From contig NC_068986.1 in NCBI RefSeq assembly GCF_001194135.2, forward strand, positions 22,348,910 to 22,410,394: 61,485 nt of DNA, in the 5' to 3' direction. Under the pieces are notes generated by a model. The model saw nothing but the letters and a program-made list of their open reading frames with translations, was not told the DNA's origin and searched no databases. The position numbers and the translations under genes were made by a program. This stretch comes from Octopus bimaculoides (taxonomy: Eukaryota). Numbering within the stretch: position 1 is the first letter of the stretch; every line of letters starts with the position of its first letter. Shown here in pieces: positions 12,471 to 25,614 of this stretch.

Positions 12471-15354
12471 AAAAGCATATTTAAAGTAAAAATTTTTTAA
12501 AATCAGATTTTTTTTCTCCAAATTTCGTGCCTCGACGTAACACCCTTAGAAAATATGAATGCGATTTTCATTATCAACATGCAAAACATGTTTTGAATAT
12601 CATCATCTAGTGAAAATTTGAAACACTTCCAGTGGTTGGAAGAAATTTAACAAGTTCCCACATGACTTTATAATAAATATTGTTATATATNNNNNNNNNN
12701 NNNNNNNNNNNNNNNNNNNNNNNNNNNNNNNNNNNNNNNNNNNNNNNNNNNNNNNNNNNNNNNNNNNNNNNNNNNNNNNNNNNNNNNNNNNNNNNNNNNN
12801 NNNNNNNNNNNNNNNNNNNNNNNNNNNNNNNNNNNNNNNNNNNNNNNNNNNNNNNNNNNNNNNNNNNNNNNNNNNNNNNNNNNNNNNNNNNNNNNNNNNN
12901 NNNNNNNNNNNNNNNNNNNNNNNNNNNNNNNNNNNNNNNNNNNNNNNNNNNNNNNNNNNNNNNNNNNNNNNNNNNNNNNNNNNNNNNNNNNNNNNNNNNN
13001 NNNNNNNNNNNNNNNNNNNNNNNNNNNNNNNNNNNNNNNNNNNNNNNNNNNNNNNNNNNNNNNNNNNNNNNNNNNNNNNNNNNNNNNNNNNNNNNNNNNN
13101 NNNNNNNNNNNNNNNNNNNNNNNNNNNNNNNNNNNNNNNNNNNNNNNNNNNNNNNNNNNNNNNNNNNNNNNNNNNNNNNNNNNNNNNNNNNNNNNNNNNN
13201 NNNNNNNNNNNNNNNNNNNNNNNNNNNNNNNNNNNNNNNNNNNNNNNNNNNNNNNNNNNNNNNNNNNNNNNNNNNNNNNNNNNNNNNNNNNNNNNNNNNN
13301 NNNNNNNNNNNNNNNNNNNNNNNNNNNNNNNNNNNNNNNNNNNNNNNNNNNNNNNNNNNNNNNNNNNNNNNNNNNNNNNNNNNNNNNNNNNNNNNNNNNN
13401 NNNNNNNNNNNNNNNNNNNNNNNNNNNNNNNNNNNNNNNNNNNNNNNNNNNNNNNNNNNNNNNNNNNNNNNNNNNNNNNNNNNNNNNNNNNNNNNNNNNN
13501 NNNNNNNNNNNNNNNNNNNNNNNNNNNNNNNNNNNNNNNNNNNNNNNNNNNNNNNNNNNNNNNNNNNNNNNNNNNNNNNNNNNNNNNNNNNNNNNNNNNN
13601 NNNNNNNNNNNNNNNNNNNNNNNNNNNNNNNNNNNNNNNNNNNNNNNNNNNNNNNNNNNNNNNGTTTCGGCAAAAGAGACCGATAGAATAAGTACTAGGC
13701 TCACAAAGAATAAGTCCTGGAGTCGATTTGCTTGACTAAAAGCAGTGCTCCAGCATGGCCGCAGTCAAATGACTGAAACAAGTAAAAGAGTATAAGTCCC
13801 AGACTTGATTGAGGACTACAAAAAATATTGTCTTCTGGTTAAATCTGAACAATCAATAGAAGAATCAAACTAAATACTGTGAAGTATATAGTTTGATCTT
13901 CTGACACCTGCTACCTTCTGTTTTCATTTACTATATTGATTTCTGGTACTGGCACTAGGCCAGACATTTTTGGAAGGAGGCAACAGTTGATTAAATTGAA
14001 TCTACTAATTGACTAGTATTTTGCTTTATTGATTTTCAAAGGTTAAAAAGCAAAATTGACCTTGGCAGGATTTGAACTTAGAATATGTATAAACCTAAGT
14101 AAATATTGCAAGGAATTTTGTCTAACATTTTACTGGTTTGGTCAATTCTCATTTAATAATTAGTCGAACAATGTTTATTTTAATTGTTTTTGAACAGTCT
14201 GGATAGCCATATTTTATTTTGCAATACCATATATATATTATTTTGATAAAAATAGTAATTAGAAAACTAATTCTCGTCTGATAAGTATCAGATTACATTT
14301 AGGATTACAGTTAATCCCTCCCAGCCATGGAGCTAGCTCATCCAGTTCATAAAACAAACCTTTCTAAACCTCATTATTAATCCATTGAATTTTCATTATT
14401 AATTCAATTGTATGATTTAAAATTACTTCTTTCATTTTCTTACATCATATACAGAGTCAAAGAAAGCCTAAATGTCGAGAAGAATAAAATTCAACAATTT
14501 AATACTATATTCTTGTTTAATGTGTGTATTGCTTGGAGTAAGTGCAAAGCAATGAAATACAACTTGACAGCTACTGTATCATGACAAAGCATTTACCTCA
14601 TTGAACCTCATGTTCTAATTTCCATTATCTGGAGATGTTGTATGTGAAGCATGACTAATACATTTTGAAGGCTTCAGGTGTAAGTCAATATATACCTGTT
14701 GGGATCAGTGCAGACAGATATTTAACCCTGGAAATAGATAAATGATAAAAACAGCAACGAAGTGTTCCCTTTCAAATTTCAATAAAAGAAGGTTAGAGTT
14801 CAAGATGATGGCAACTTCACACCATTCATAAGTTTCAACTTCTGCTTTGATTCAATTCAGCAGAAATCTTCCATTTTTATTGCAGTAGTCAGTTACATGT
14901 GTCAGACATGCTATTCAGTTGATTGATATACCTTTTTTCTTTTTTTTATTGTAAGAGCTATGTGATACCTCAGTTTGTATTGCTCATAATTCTCCGTTAG
15001 ATACAAACTGATTGTTTTCGTTGAGAAGGATTGTGTCATTTCCCATTTACAGATCCTTCCCATTATATTCTCTTGTTGAGTTTACTCATACAAAGCTATG
15101 TATTTCTATATATCATCATCATCATTGTCGTCGTATCAAATTCAAAAGGAACCAAGAATTCAAAGGTTTTCAGTATCAGTTACTATTTTAATTTTTTTTA
15201 CTTGTTTCAGTCATCAGACTGAAGGGCTTAGTTGAACAATTAACCCCCAAAATTTCTTTTTCAAGTCTGGTATTTATTCCATCTGTCTCTTTTGAAAAAT
15301 TGCTAAGCTATGGACACACACACGTGTGTGTGTAAGTGTATGTGTAAATATATA

Positions 15355-15655
15355 TCATCATCATCATCATTTAACGTCCGCTTTCCATGCTAGCATGGGT
15401 TGGACGATTTGACTGGGGACTGGTGAACCAGATGGCTACACCAGGTTTCAATCTGATTTGGCAGCTGGATGCCCTTCCTAATGCCAACCGCTCCGAGAGT
15501 GTAGTGGGTGCTTTTTACATGGCACCGGCATGAACGCCAGTCCGGCGGTACTGGCAACGGCCACACTCAAATGGTGTTTTTTATGTACCACCTGCACAGG
15601 AGTCAGTCCAATGTTTTGTTCACATGCCACCGGCACAAGTGCCAGAAAGGCGATA
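15355..15655 (-). mobile_element. RTE LINE 3'-tail copy
   Basis: Same tail family, with a small internal deletion. Confidence 0.8.
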
Positions 15656-15997
15656 TATATATTAAAAATGGGGAAGCTGGTTTATGGGATTACTTTAGCT
15701 TTCCTGTCCATAAAGGGTTTAGCTTTTTGACGTATCGTCAGATCCCAAAAACCTATTAGCCACTTCTTAAATATTTAGATATCAAATATCTTAAATTAAA
15801 TATTTTAAAGAAATCTTGGGCCAACAGGCTTTTGGGACCTGATGATACACCATAAAACTAAACCCTTTCTGGACAGGAAACCTAAGGTAATCCAATAAAC
15901 TAGCCTTCCCCATTTTTAATGTATATTGCTCTACATCTTAGATTGTGCTTCTTCTTTCGGATTTATGTGTTTTACAAATTATATATATATATATATA

Positions 15998-16234
15998 TTC
16001 CAGGGTGAAAAACTAGAGGTAGTCGATAGCTTCCGCTATCTGGGCGACCAAGTTAGTAGTGGGGGTGGGTGCGCTGAAAGTGTAGCTGCTAGAATAAGAA
16101 TAGCCTGGGCAAAGTTTAGAGAGCTCTTACCCCTGCTGGCGACAAAGGGACTCTCACTAAGAGTAAAAGGCAGACTGTATGACGCATGCGTACGAACAAC
16201 CATGCTACATGGCAGTGAAACATGGGCTGTAACT
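15998..16234 (+). mobile_element. Young RTE-clade LINE ORF2 fragment, cut by a gap
   Basis: Open frame FQGEKLEVVDSFRYLGDQVSSGGGCAESVAARIRIAWAKFRELLPLLATKGLSLRVKGRLYDACVRTTMLHGSETWAVT, typical of the RTE post-RT region (YLG...YGSETW). Confidence 0.88.
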
Positions 16235-16989
16235 NNNNNNNNNNNNNNNNNNNNNNNNNNNNNNNNNNNNNNNNNNNNNNNNNNNNNNNNNNNNNNNNNN
16301 NNNNNNNNNNNNNNNNNNNNNNNNNNNNNNNNNNNNNNNNNNNNNNNNNNNNNNNNNNNNNNNNNNNNNNTATATATATATATATTTAGTGTAATTTTAA
16401 AAATATTTTTGGGTCAGTAAGGAAAACAGTGCCATGACCAAGACCCTTCATAAGACTAGAAACCTGACTTGAATGCTTGCAGCAGGGTGGATTCCATTGA
16501 AGACTCTCAAGCGGCCAGTTAGTGGTGTTAAACTGGGCAACAAATTACGTATAGTACCCAAGTAGGCAGCAACACAATTTGAACTCAGAATGCAAAGAGC
16601 CAGAACAGATACCACAAGGTACCCAGTTCAACTTTCTTTCAGTTCTACCAATTCACTACCTCTGGCTGGTACTTTTTCATCACCACACCCAATTTACTTC
16701 CCCCTGCTTTAAAACCTCTGTTCCTACCATCATACTTATGCTCCCTTCATGCACTCATTATGGTGATTCTTCAATCATCACTCTCTTGACTGTTAACCAT
16801 TTCGGTCATGCAGCATCTAAACATAGATTTATGTTTATACCATTTACACCACCTAAAACTGGCTTCGTTGTTTATATCCCAACATGTAATGTGTGTGTGC
16901 GTGTGTGTACCAATCTATCTATCTATCTATCTATCTATCTATTTATCTATCTCTTTCTCTCTTTCTCTGTCTATATTATATTGTATCAT

Positions 16990-17062
16990 ATATTATATTG
17001 TATTGTATTATATTATATTATATTATATTATATTATATTATATTATATTATATTATATTATA
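16990..17062. repeat. (ATATT)n pentanucleotide microsatellite, preceded by (CTAT)n at about 16912-16950
   Basis: Direct reading. Confidence 0.95.
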
Positions 17063-17324
17063 TAGTAATATTCCATCAATAAAATTCTGTTAGTGTTAAT
17101 GAAATGATAATAGAATTATGCAATAAAGCAAGTAGCTCACTCTCTTCTCATTGTTAATGTTTATATAAACTTTATGGATGTATACAGATTTTCAGACATA
17201 TCATCATTGAAGAGGTCTTTCTCATTGGATGACAGCACCTGATAGTTGATACCTGTAGATGGGTAGTTTTATAAAATAAACTCCAAAGTTATAACCTAAA
17301 TATATATAATATAATATATATATA

Positions 17325-18028
17325 CAAGCTGCATTCCAGAAGTTTTCTGGCTTTTTCAGGAGTGACATTTATAAATTTCAAAGAAGTACAAGACTCTAAT
17401 CTCTTTCAAAGTAGGACCCTCTGATTTCAATACATTTGTTGTAGTACAACAGCCACTTTGTGAAGGCCCCATGGAAGCCCTCCAGAGTGAAGGTGTCCAG
17501 AACCATTGTCACAGCCTCATTCATCTTCAAAATCACTGCCCCTGAGATTCTCCTTCCACTTGGGAAACAATCAAAAGTTACAGGCAGCAGAATCCGAGCT
17601 GTAGGGAGGATGAGGGACAGGTTTGATGCTCAACTCTTGTCAAGTTGTTGGTTACCAGGATGCTCATCTCTGCACACCCTGGAAACAAACTTTGCACAAA
17701 TTTTAAATATTTTCAGATATTCATGAATAATTCTGTGTACAGTTGTCACTGCAACTCCAAACTATATGCTTATAGTCTTTATAGAATGACAGTGAATAGT
17801 TTGCATTCTGCAAACAAGTCAGCTGTGACAAGCAGTGTTTAGTAGAGTGTGTTCAAAGTGCTGTTATAGCGATCTCCTTCAATCCGAAATTACAAAAGTG
17901 GGTAAGTCAGCCTATTAGATGTGTGGTAATGAAATACTAAAATTACTATAATCTAGTTATAACTGCCTCTCCTAAATAGTCATAACTCTCCTAAACAAAG
18001 TTTCAAAACTTCTGGAATGCATTACACA
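17325..18028 (-). mobile_element. Internally deleted mariner transposon
   Basis: Inverted ends share TGCATTCCAGAAGTTTT. Minus strand gives TTVHRIIHEYLKIFKICAKFVSRV, IKPVPHPPYSSDSAACNF*LFPK (cf. HPPYSPDLAPCDF) and ...KWLLYYNKCIEIRGSYFERD*. Confidence 0.85.
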
Positions 18029-18179
18029 TACATACATACATACATACATACTGTACACTTCGAATAATATACCCAGTCTATTGACATACATACAAGTGCA
18101 TCTTTTTCCAAACTTATGGACTTTTAGACAACTTATATGCTGGCACAAGTTCAATTGTTGTTAAATATGGATTATGTAT

Positions 18180-18427
18180 AAAGACTGGCCCCCGTGCCAG
18201 TGGCACGTAAAAAGCACAATCCGAACTTGATTGATGCCAGGCCCGCCTGACTGGCTCCTGTGCTGGTGGCACATAAAAAGCACCCACTAGACGTTAGGAA
18301 GGGCATCCAGCTGTAGAAACATTGCTAGATCAGATTGGAGCCTCGTACAGCCACTGGCTTCCCAGATCTCAGTCAAACCGTCCAACCCATGCCAGCATGG
18401 AAAACGGACGTTAAATGATGATGATGA
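18180..18427 (+). mobile_element. RTE LINE 3'-tail copy
   Basis: Same tail family, with (GAT)n end. Confidence 0.8.
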
Positions 18428-19550
18428 TATATGGAGTGTGGCATTTGCACAGCTTCTGTTTACCAAATTTTTCACACAACACAAAGTATGGATGTCAATC
18501 TGAAACTACAGTAGAAACTGCTATGCTCAAGGTGCCAAGTACTTGTAAAACAAGTACATAACTCCCATGAATTTTCATGGGAGTTATGGCCGTTATGCAT
18601 AGAATATAATTTCCAAATTGCAGACAAAATTTACAATCGATAAATGTCTTAGAACAACCAGTCTCTCATCTGGGAAGGTCTTGAAATCAATGTTACCAAC
18701 TGGGGACTATGTGTGTCACAGTGATAATAAAAAGACTCAAAGGAGGTCTGCAACGAAATAATTTTACTCAACACTTTGCAAGTGAATCAGTGGAGGCAAA
18801 GATGCGTCTCATTTACTTGACAATTTATGCACCACATTGCAGAAATCACAATGTAAGTATATCTGAAAGGGTAGTCTTACATTGTTGTACCGTTGAATTA
18901 CAAATAATGCTCATCTGTTNNNNNNNNNNNNNNNNNNNNNNNNNNNNNNNNNNNNNNNNNNNNNNNNNNNNNNNNNNNNNNNNNNNNNNNNNNNNNNNNN
19001 NNNNNNNNNNNNNNNNNNNNNNNNNNNNNNNNNNNNNNNNNNNNNNNNNNNNNNNNNNNNNNNNNNNNNNNNNNNNNNNNNNNNNNNNNNNNNNNNNNNN
19101 NNNNNNNNNNNNNNNNNNNNNNNNNNNNNNNNNNNNNNNNNNNNNNNNNNNNNNNNNNNNNNNNNNNNNNNNNNNNNNNNNNNNNNNNNNNNNNNNNNNN
19201 NNNNNNNNNNNNNNNNNNNNNNNNNNNNNNNNNNNNNNNNNNNNNNNNNNNNNNNNNNNNNNNNNNNNNNNNNNNNNNNNNNNNNNNNNNNNNNNNNNNN
19301 NNNNNNNNNNNNNNNNNNNNNNNNNNNNNNNNNNNNNNNNNNNNNNNNNNNNNNNNNNNNNNNNNNNNNNNNNNNNNNNNNNNNNNNNNNNNNNNNNNNN
19401 NNNNNNNNNNNNNNNNNNNNNNNNNNNNNNNNNNNNNNNNNNNNNNNNNNNNNNNNNNNNNNNNNNNNNNNNNNNNNNNNNNNNNNNNNNNNNNNNNNNN
19501 NNNNNNNNNNNNNNNNNNNNNNNNNNNNNNNNNNNNNNNNNNNNNNNNNN

Positions 19551-19758
19551 AATACTTAAATAGTGGAGGAGATATTATGTTGCCATGCGCTCAAACTCTG
19601 CAAGAAGTTAATAATTTTTTAAAACTAAAACACAACTGGAACCCTAAGTAAGGCATGTGTAAAATTTGAATGAAATTGGTTGCGTAGTTCTCGAGTTTTA
19701 GGGATTCACACACACAGACAGACAGACAGACACACATTCTCATTTTTATATATATAGA
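19551..19758 (-). mobile_element. Helitron-like non-autonomous element, cut by a gap
   Basis: Reverse complement of 61131-61340. Starts A|TCTATATATATAAAAATGAGAATGTG followed by a (CTGT)n microsatellite. Confidence 0.55.
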
Positions 19759-20320
19759 TAACGAGAAACGATGTTGTAGGAATGTACACAGCACGTGTAC
19801 TACAGCAGTACTATGTGTAGCTTAAATACTGAGATTGAAAAGCAGGGGTGAATTATGCCTACCTAATCTACAAAAAAATAAAATATATTGCATTTTATGC
19901 ATAGTAACAATGAAAGGAAAATGTTGTTATCAATCTATTTTATTCAAGGTAGGCACTGCTTACCTTGCCTACCTAGGCGGCATGTCCCTGGTATGTATGT
20001 ATGTATGTGCATGCGTGCGTGCGTGTGCATGTATGTATGTATCATCATCATTGTCATTAATATCATCATCATCCTCATCGTTATTTAACATCCATTTTCC
20101 ATGCTGGTATGGGTTGGATGGTTTGACAGGAGCTGGTATGGTCAGAGGCCACACCAGGCTCCATTGTCTGCTTTGACATGGTTTCTATGGCTGAATGCCC
20201 TTCCAACTGCCAACCACTTTACAGGCTGCGATTGGTGCTTTCAATATGGCACCAGCACCAATATATACACACACACACACACACATACCATGCTGCCCAT
20301 AAAATAACATTATATCTATC

Positions 20321-20566
20321 CTTATTTCTTTATTGCCCACAAGGGGCTAAACATAGAGGGGACAAGCAAGAACAGACAAAGGGATTAAGTCGATTACATA
20401 GACCTCCAGTGTGTAACTGGTACTTATTTAATTGACCCCGAAAGGATGAAAGGCTAAGTCAAAGGCTAAGTCAACCTTGGCGGAATTTGAACTCAGAACG
20501 TAGCGGCAGACGAAATACCGCTAAGCATTTCGCGCGGCATGCTAACGTTTCTGCCAGCTCGCCGTC
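20321..20566 (-). mobile_element. tRNA-derived SINE, family C
   Basis: Head GGCGAGCTGGCAGAAACG...GAGTTCAAATTCC (B box); core GTTGACTT..GCCTTTCATCCTTTCGGGGTC...AAGTACCAG, recalling Meta/MESC-type cores from memory. Confidence 0.8.
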
Positions 20567-21429
20567 TTATCCATACTCAATCCCACCACCATCCATATCT
20601 CCTTATCCCTCTCCCTCTCATCGCAATGCCTGAATATCGAGGGATTACATAAGATCTGTTGGTATTAGATATACCTCTGGCTATCACCCCTTTTCCCCAC
20701 AGATCACTCCTTATTTCCATCCATCACTCACTCACTTACCATCACCTATCTCTATAAATATGCATCGTTGTTTCTTGCCAACTAACATTACCTTTCTGTA
20801 CTACAAGCCACCAATTCCTCTTTTCCACCCATCACCCATTATTGACATCTGTCACACTCTCTTCCCATTAACCATTCCTATGACTCTCAATCACTTACTT
20901 TCTTCCTTACAAAAATGTAGCTACCATCAATGTTGCTCTCTCATTATCCTTTGCCATTACTGTTTCTTCCCCATTACACTCTGCCATCATTGTCTGTCTT
21001 CCATTACTCCACTGAACAGTGTCTCTTTCATTTCTCTGTTCTACACAGCTCCCCATTAATCACTCTGTTTCCTCATAATACTCTGTCTTCTATCTTTCTC
21101 TCATCCTACTTCATTTCTGCATTCACTCTGTCCACTCTTTCATTCTATTGGTCCTGTTATCTCGAATGAACAGAGGCAACATAGAAAAGCAAAAAGTCTT
21201 TTGTTGTCTTGTGGGGTGACCTTTCAAGTGGTGGTACCACAATAAAATCCATCCAATACATTCTGTGGAGTGGTTCACAAATACACAGAAACAACAGAGG
21301 ATTGAGCTGATGGTCTTTTTGAGGAAAAGACAACCTCTCTAGTACTGGTGCCATCATAAAATGTAACCAGTAAACTCTGTAATATGGTTGGTGTGTGTGT
21401 GTGCAGGGGGAGGGAAATTATGACATGAC

Positions 21430-21514
21430 CTTACAGCTATTACAGTTCTATATTTAAGAGATGAGGAATTATTTACATTATTTACAAGATTCCGAGTTCG
21501 ATTCCAGGCAGTGA

Positions 21515-21565
<51 letters not shown>

Positions 21566-21733
21566 CAACAACAACATTGTAAAATACCTTAGGAATGAGA
21601 ACCCAGGTTCAAAATTTCCCCAAGACACCTGATGAAGGCTGGAAGGTATATCAGCCGAAACGTTGTGTTAACAACAAACAAGATGAGGAGAAATATCCGT
21701 CAAATGTAAATAATGTAAATAAAGCTTACAGCT
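21430..21733 (+). mobile_element. Short retroelement remnant: tRNA B-box, (AAT)n/(AAC)n and Penelope-like tail with a hammerhead
   Basis: GTTCGATTC at 21496-21504; microsatellite 21519-21576; perfect 18-bp inverted repeat 21469-21486 / 21705-21722; CTTACAGCT direct repeat at 21430 and 21725. Confidence 0.6.
21624..21669 (+). ncRNA. Minimal type I hammerhead ribozyme motif
   Basis: Stem I GACAC/GTGTT; core CTGATGA; extra A; stem II GGCTG/CAGCC with 10-nt loop; GAAA; palindromic AACGTT in place of stem III; GUU triplet with predicted cleavage after 21664. Confidence 0.65.
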
Positions 21734-21863
21734 GTTAGTTTTCTCCCCTTGAACCCAAAGACCAAATCTCACTTGAATCGAACTTGCCTTTCCATCACTC
21801 TAGACTTGCTAACTACCATTGGTATAACTATGTGCCATCTCTTTAAGTGTTGTTATCTCTAAA

Positions 21864-21920
21864 TAGGTAGTAGTGGTAGTAGTAATAGTTGTAGTAGTAG
21901 TAGTAGTAGTAGTAGCAGTA
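21864..21920. repeat. (TAG)n microsatellite
   Basis: Direct reading. Confidence 0.9.
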
Positions 21921-22622
21921 TGAAGATATGCACTGTAACAGTATGTCACTGCATCCCCCATTTGTTGGTGATTTCTTACGCCTGGTGGATGACACCTTTG
22001 CTCCACTCGGGCAGCAACCGTCCAACCCATGGGTTTGTTTTGGGTAGTTGTTGCCAGTGAGGGTTTTATGAGTTTGGAGTGTAAATCCTATCTCAACTTC
22101 TTTTAGTTGCCTTTTATGACACACAGAGGAAACATCGGTTCTTTTCTTCGACATGTTAGTCCTCCATATGGCACTAGAGCAACATGAAATGAAATGTTTT
22201 GCTCAAGAAAACACAGGACCTGGTCCAGGAGTCAAACCCTCAAATTTGTGATTGGGAGTGCAACACCCTAAACACTATGCCATGTGCCTTCTAAATAAGG
22301 AAATATTATTATTATTTGTAGTCTTACTGCTCTTAGAGATCAGATATTCCCCATAGTTTCTTCTGTTCATTAAACATAATGAGATAATCCATTGTCTGCT
22401 TGGATAATGGGCAATGATTTAGTCTGACTTCAAAAATCATACAGTATTTTAGACTACTCCACCTCTTTTCCTCAAGTCTCTTTCCAATAAGCAACCTTAC
22501 ATAATGTAACTTTAAAATTACAGAAGTATAAGGAAACAATAAAAAGAGATATTTTTTACGAATCTGTAATGAGTTATCAACATTAATTTTATATTTATTT
22601 ATGCGATTGAGTCATGATTTGA

Positions 22623-22666
<44 letters not shown>

Positions 22667-23179
22667 GGTGTTGTTGCATTATTCAGTTTTGAAATCTATG
22701 TAACTGTCAATATTGTTAAGCTTGTGAAATGCATTGATGATCTCCTCAAAAGAAGTCTTCATGATGTCATCCATACACCTGGAAAAGAAGCTGCAGGATT
22801 AGCAGGTGCTAAGTGCAGTGAACTCTAGCAGGTCATATGTGTGTGTGTGTGTGTGTGCATAGCAAGGCTGATACACTTGATTTCTATCAGTGGTTTTAGA
22901 TGCAGGATCCATAAACACTATTATACTGAAACAAAAAGATGTTAAAACAATTGTATATATGTAAAGTTTTGCCTGGTTAACAATAATAATAATAACCCTT
23001 TCTACTAAAGGCACAATGCCTGAAATTTGGGGGGAAGGGGCTAGTTGATTATATCAACCCCAGTCGTTGACTGATACTTTATTTTTCACCCCAGAAGGAT
23101 GAAAGGCAAAATCAACCTCTGCAGAATTTGGACTCAGAACATAAAGCCAGAAGATATACCACTAAGCATTTTATCTGAC

Positions 23180-23399
23180 ATTATTTTATTCTTTTATTTG
23201 TTTCAGTTATTTGACTGCAGCCATGCTGGAGCACTGCCTTTAGTCGAACAAATCGACCCCAGTACTTATTCTTTGTAAGCCTAGTACTTATTCTATCGGT
23301 CCCTTTTGCCGAACTGCTAAGTTATGGGGATGTGAACACACCAACATCGGTTGTCAAGCAATGGTGGGGGGACAAACACAGACACACAAACATACACAT

Positions 23400-23475
<76 letters not shown>

Positions 23476-23640
23476 ATATATGATGGGCTTCTTTCAGTTT
23501 CTGTCTACCAAATCCACTCACAAGGCTTTGGTCGGCCCAAGGCTATAGTTGAAGACACTTGCCCAAGGTGCCATGCTGTGGGACTAAACCTGGAACCATG
23601 TAGTTGTGAAGCAAGCTACTTCCCACACAGCCACTCCTGC
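23180..23640 (-). mobile_element. tRNA-derived SINE family B, near full length, with internal (TA)n expansion
   Basis: Reverse complement of the 12125-12470 family; (TA)n at 23408-23468. Confidence 0.82.
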
Positions 23641-23707
23641 ACCTAATATATAAATTCATCATTACAATATTCATTACTATTCCAACTGAGCAATTTGATG
23701 GCCTTAA

Positions 23708-23919
23708 CCCTTTAGCACTGAAATGACTCTATAAAATGTAATGCTTATTTATTAACACTGTTTTGAATTAATCATTATCTTGTAGCTTCAACATTTTGAT
23801 GCTATGGTTGTTTATTATTAGAATGACGTTGTAGGGCAGGTGTGAGGAGCTAGACAACCAGTTTGAACAAAAAAAAAAAACAGGTTTGGCTGGATATGGT
23901 TGGTTTAAATGCTAAAGGG
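23708..23919. mobile_element. piggyBac-type MITE (212 bp)
   Basis: TTAA|CCCTTTAGCA...TGCTAAAGGG|TTAA; same family and length as 57056-57267. Confidence 0.85.
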
Positions 23920-25614
23920 TTAAATTAACCTCTTAAGGGATGATGCTTTTGAACCAATGCTATCATATGTCTGAACCGTCCTTTCATTTGGTCAATAGTT
24001 CCAAGAAGATTACTTCTTAGCTCCAGTTATGTATGACTGGCTAACTGACCAACTCTTCCTTTAGCAGTCCAGCAGAAGAGAAAACTTGTTGAAACCATAG
24101 ATAGTCCACAAATTATTAAAGCATCTTTCATATCTGCTTTGTAAGGAATGACTATTTTTCAAAAAATTCTGTTTCATTCCTATCTTGTAGATGAGTTATA
24201 GTTCTGAAATCATTAAATATTTGGTGGAGCTTTTGTGCAATTTTAGAATAAAGACATGCCTCAGTTTCTTTACAGATATGTTCTTGACAGGTATGTGTGT
24301 GCATATAACCATATCTATCTATCTACATACCTATCTATTCATGTATTTACTTATCTACATGACTGTCTATTTATGTGTGTGTGAGCACATTTGTTTGAGT
24401 GCATAAGTGTCTTAAAATTTGTCACTCCTTTGTGTCTTCTGCTAACGTGTGTCAAATTACTCTTGAGTGCTTACATTAACATGTAAACCAGTACAACCTA
24501 TTATATGTCTGGGTTATTGGTAACTAAACAGGCATCCCCTGCTAGGCTTATCTGGCGAGGAAGGTTGCTAGAAACCCATCAAAACAAAGTCATGACATGT
24601 CAAAAGGAAGTTTGAAACAACCTTTGGATCACTGACTATCTAGCAGTTGTCCTCAGAACAGAGGCACTCAAGCGAAAAGTGTGCTGTCAAAATATTTTGG
24701 GAGTGATGGATCTCCAAAAGTCTCAACCATGGTAGCAAGGAGGTCAATGCTTGATGTTGTGGTATAGTGTGTACTGGTTTATCATCATTTAACATTTGTC
24801 TTACATGCCCGCATGGGTTGGATGGTTTGACAGGAGCTGGCAAACTGGAGGATTGTCAAGCTCACATGTCTGCTTAGGCATGGTTTCTATGACTGGATGC
24901 CCTTCCTAATACCAACCACTTTACAGGGTGCGCTGGGTGCTTTTCAGTTTCTGTGTAACAAATCCACTCATAAAGCTTTGGTCATCTCAGAACTACTATA
25001 GAAGTCACTTAGAAGAGAGTGAAGCTACAGAAGAATCATGGTGGGGGATGGGTAAGGTCGTAAAGGGGTAGGAGATTGAGTTGGATATAAATATGGGGTG
25101 GAAGAGGTCAGATGTAAAATTTCATTATACTAAAGATGAACTCTTACAACTGGCCTATTTCTAATACTAATGCATTTTTCTTAGGTATAGGCAACATAAG
25201 TGAAATGAATAGTTTTTAGTAGTGAAATTCTAAATAGACTATAGTTTTATTTCACCAAGAACTTATCTTTGTTCTCTAGCATTTATTTCAAAAGACTCAT
25301 AAATTTAGTATTTTTTTTACCATTTTCTATCTTTCACATTCATTAATATTCAATAAACAAAAGATAAAACTCTTCCAGTATAGGACTCCAATTTATTAAA
25401 GGTAGCAGTCCCAAAATATTCGGTTGAGGGTTCTGTCCGGGTATACAAAAAGATCCTTGCAGTAGGTATGAACCTGTTACTCACGGCAGTTCTCTGCTAA
25501 CAAAAAAATCTGGAAAGGCTGACATGTTTCAAATTCAATAAGTCAGAAGAACATTAATGATTTTAAATTACTTCATTTCATTTGATATATATATATATCC
25601 CAGAGGGATCTCTG

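Noticed and set aside
18600-18919. Exon-like stretch with a GTAAGT donor at about 18853 (LIWEGLEINVTNWGLCV; NNFTQHF)
   Set aside because: There is a stop or frameshift between the motifs, no partner exons, and it is cut by a gap. It may be a decayed DNA-transposase fragment but cannot be assigned.
1606-19563. Long ORFs (200-365 aa) in the track
   Set aside because: They are mostly X residues from N-gaps (1720-2276, 4948-5483, 12691-13663, 18920-19550).
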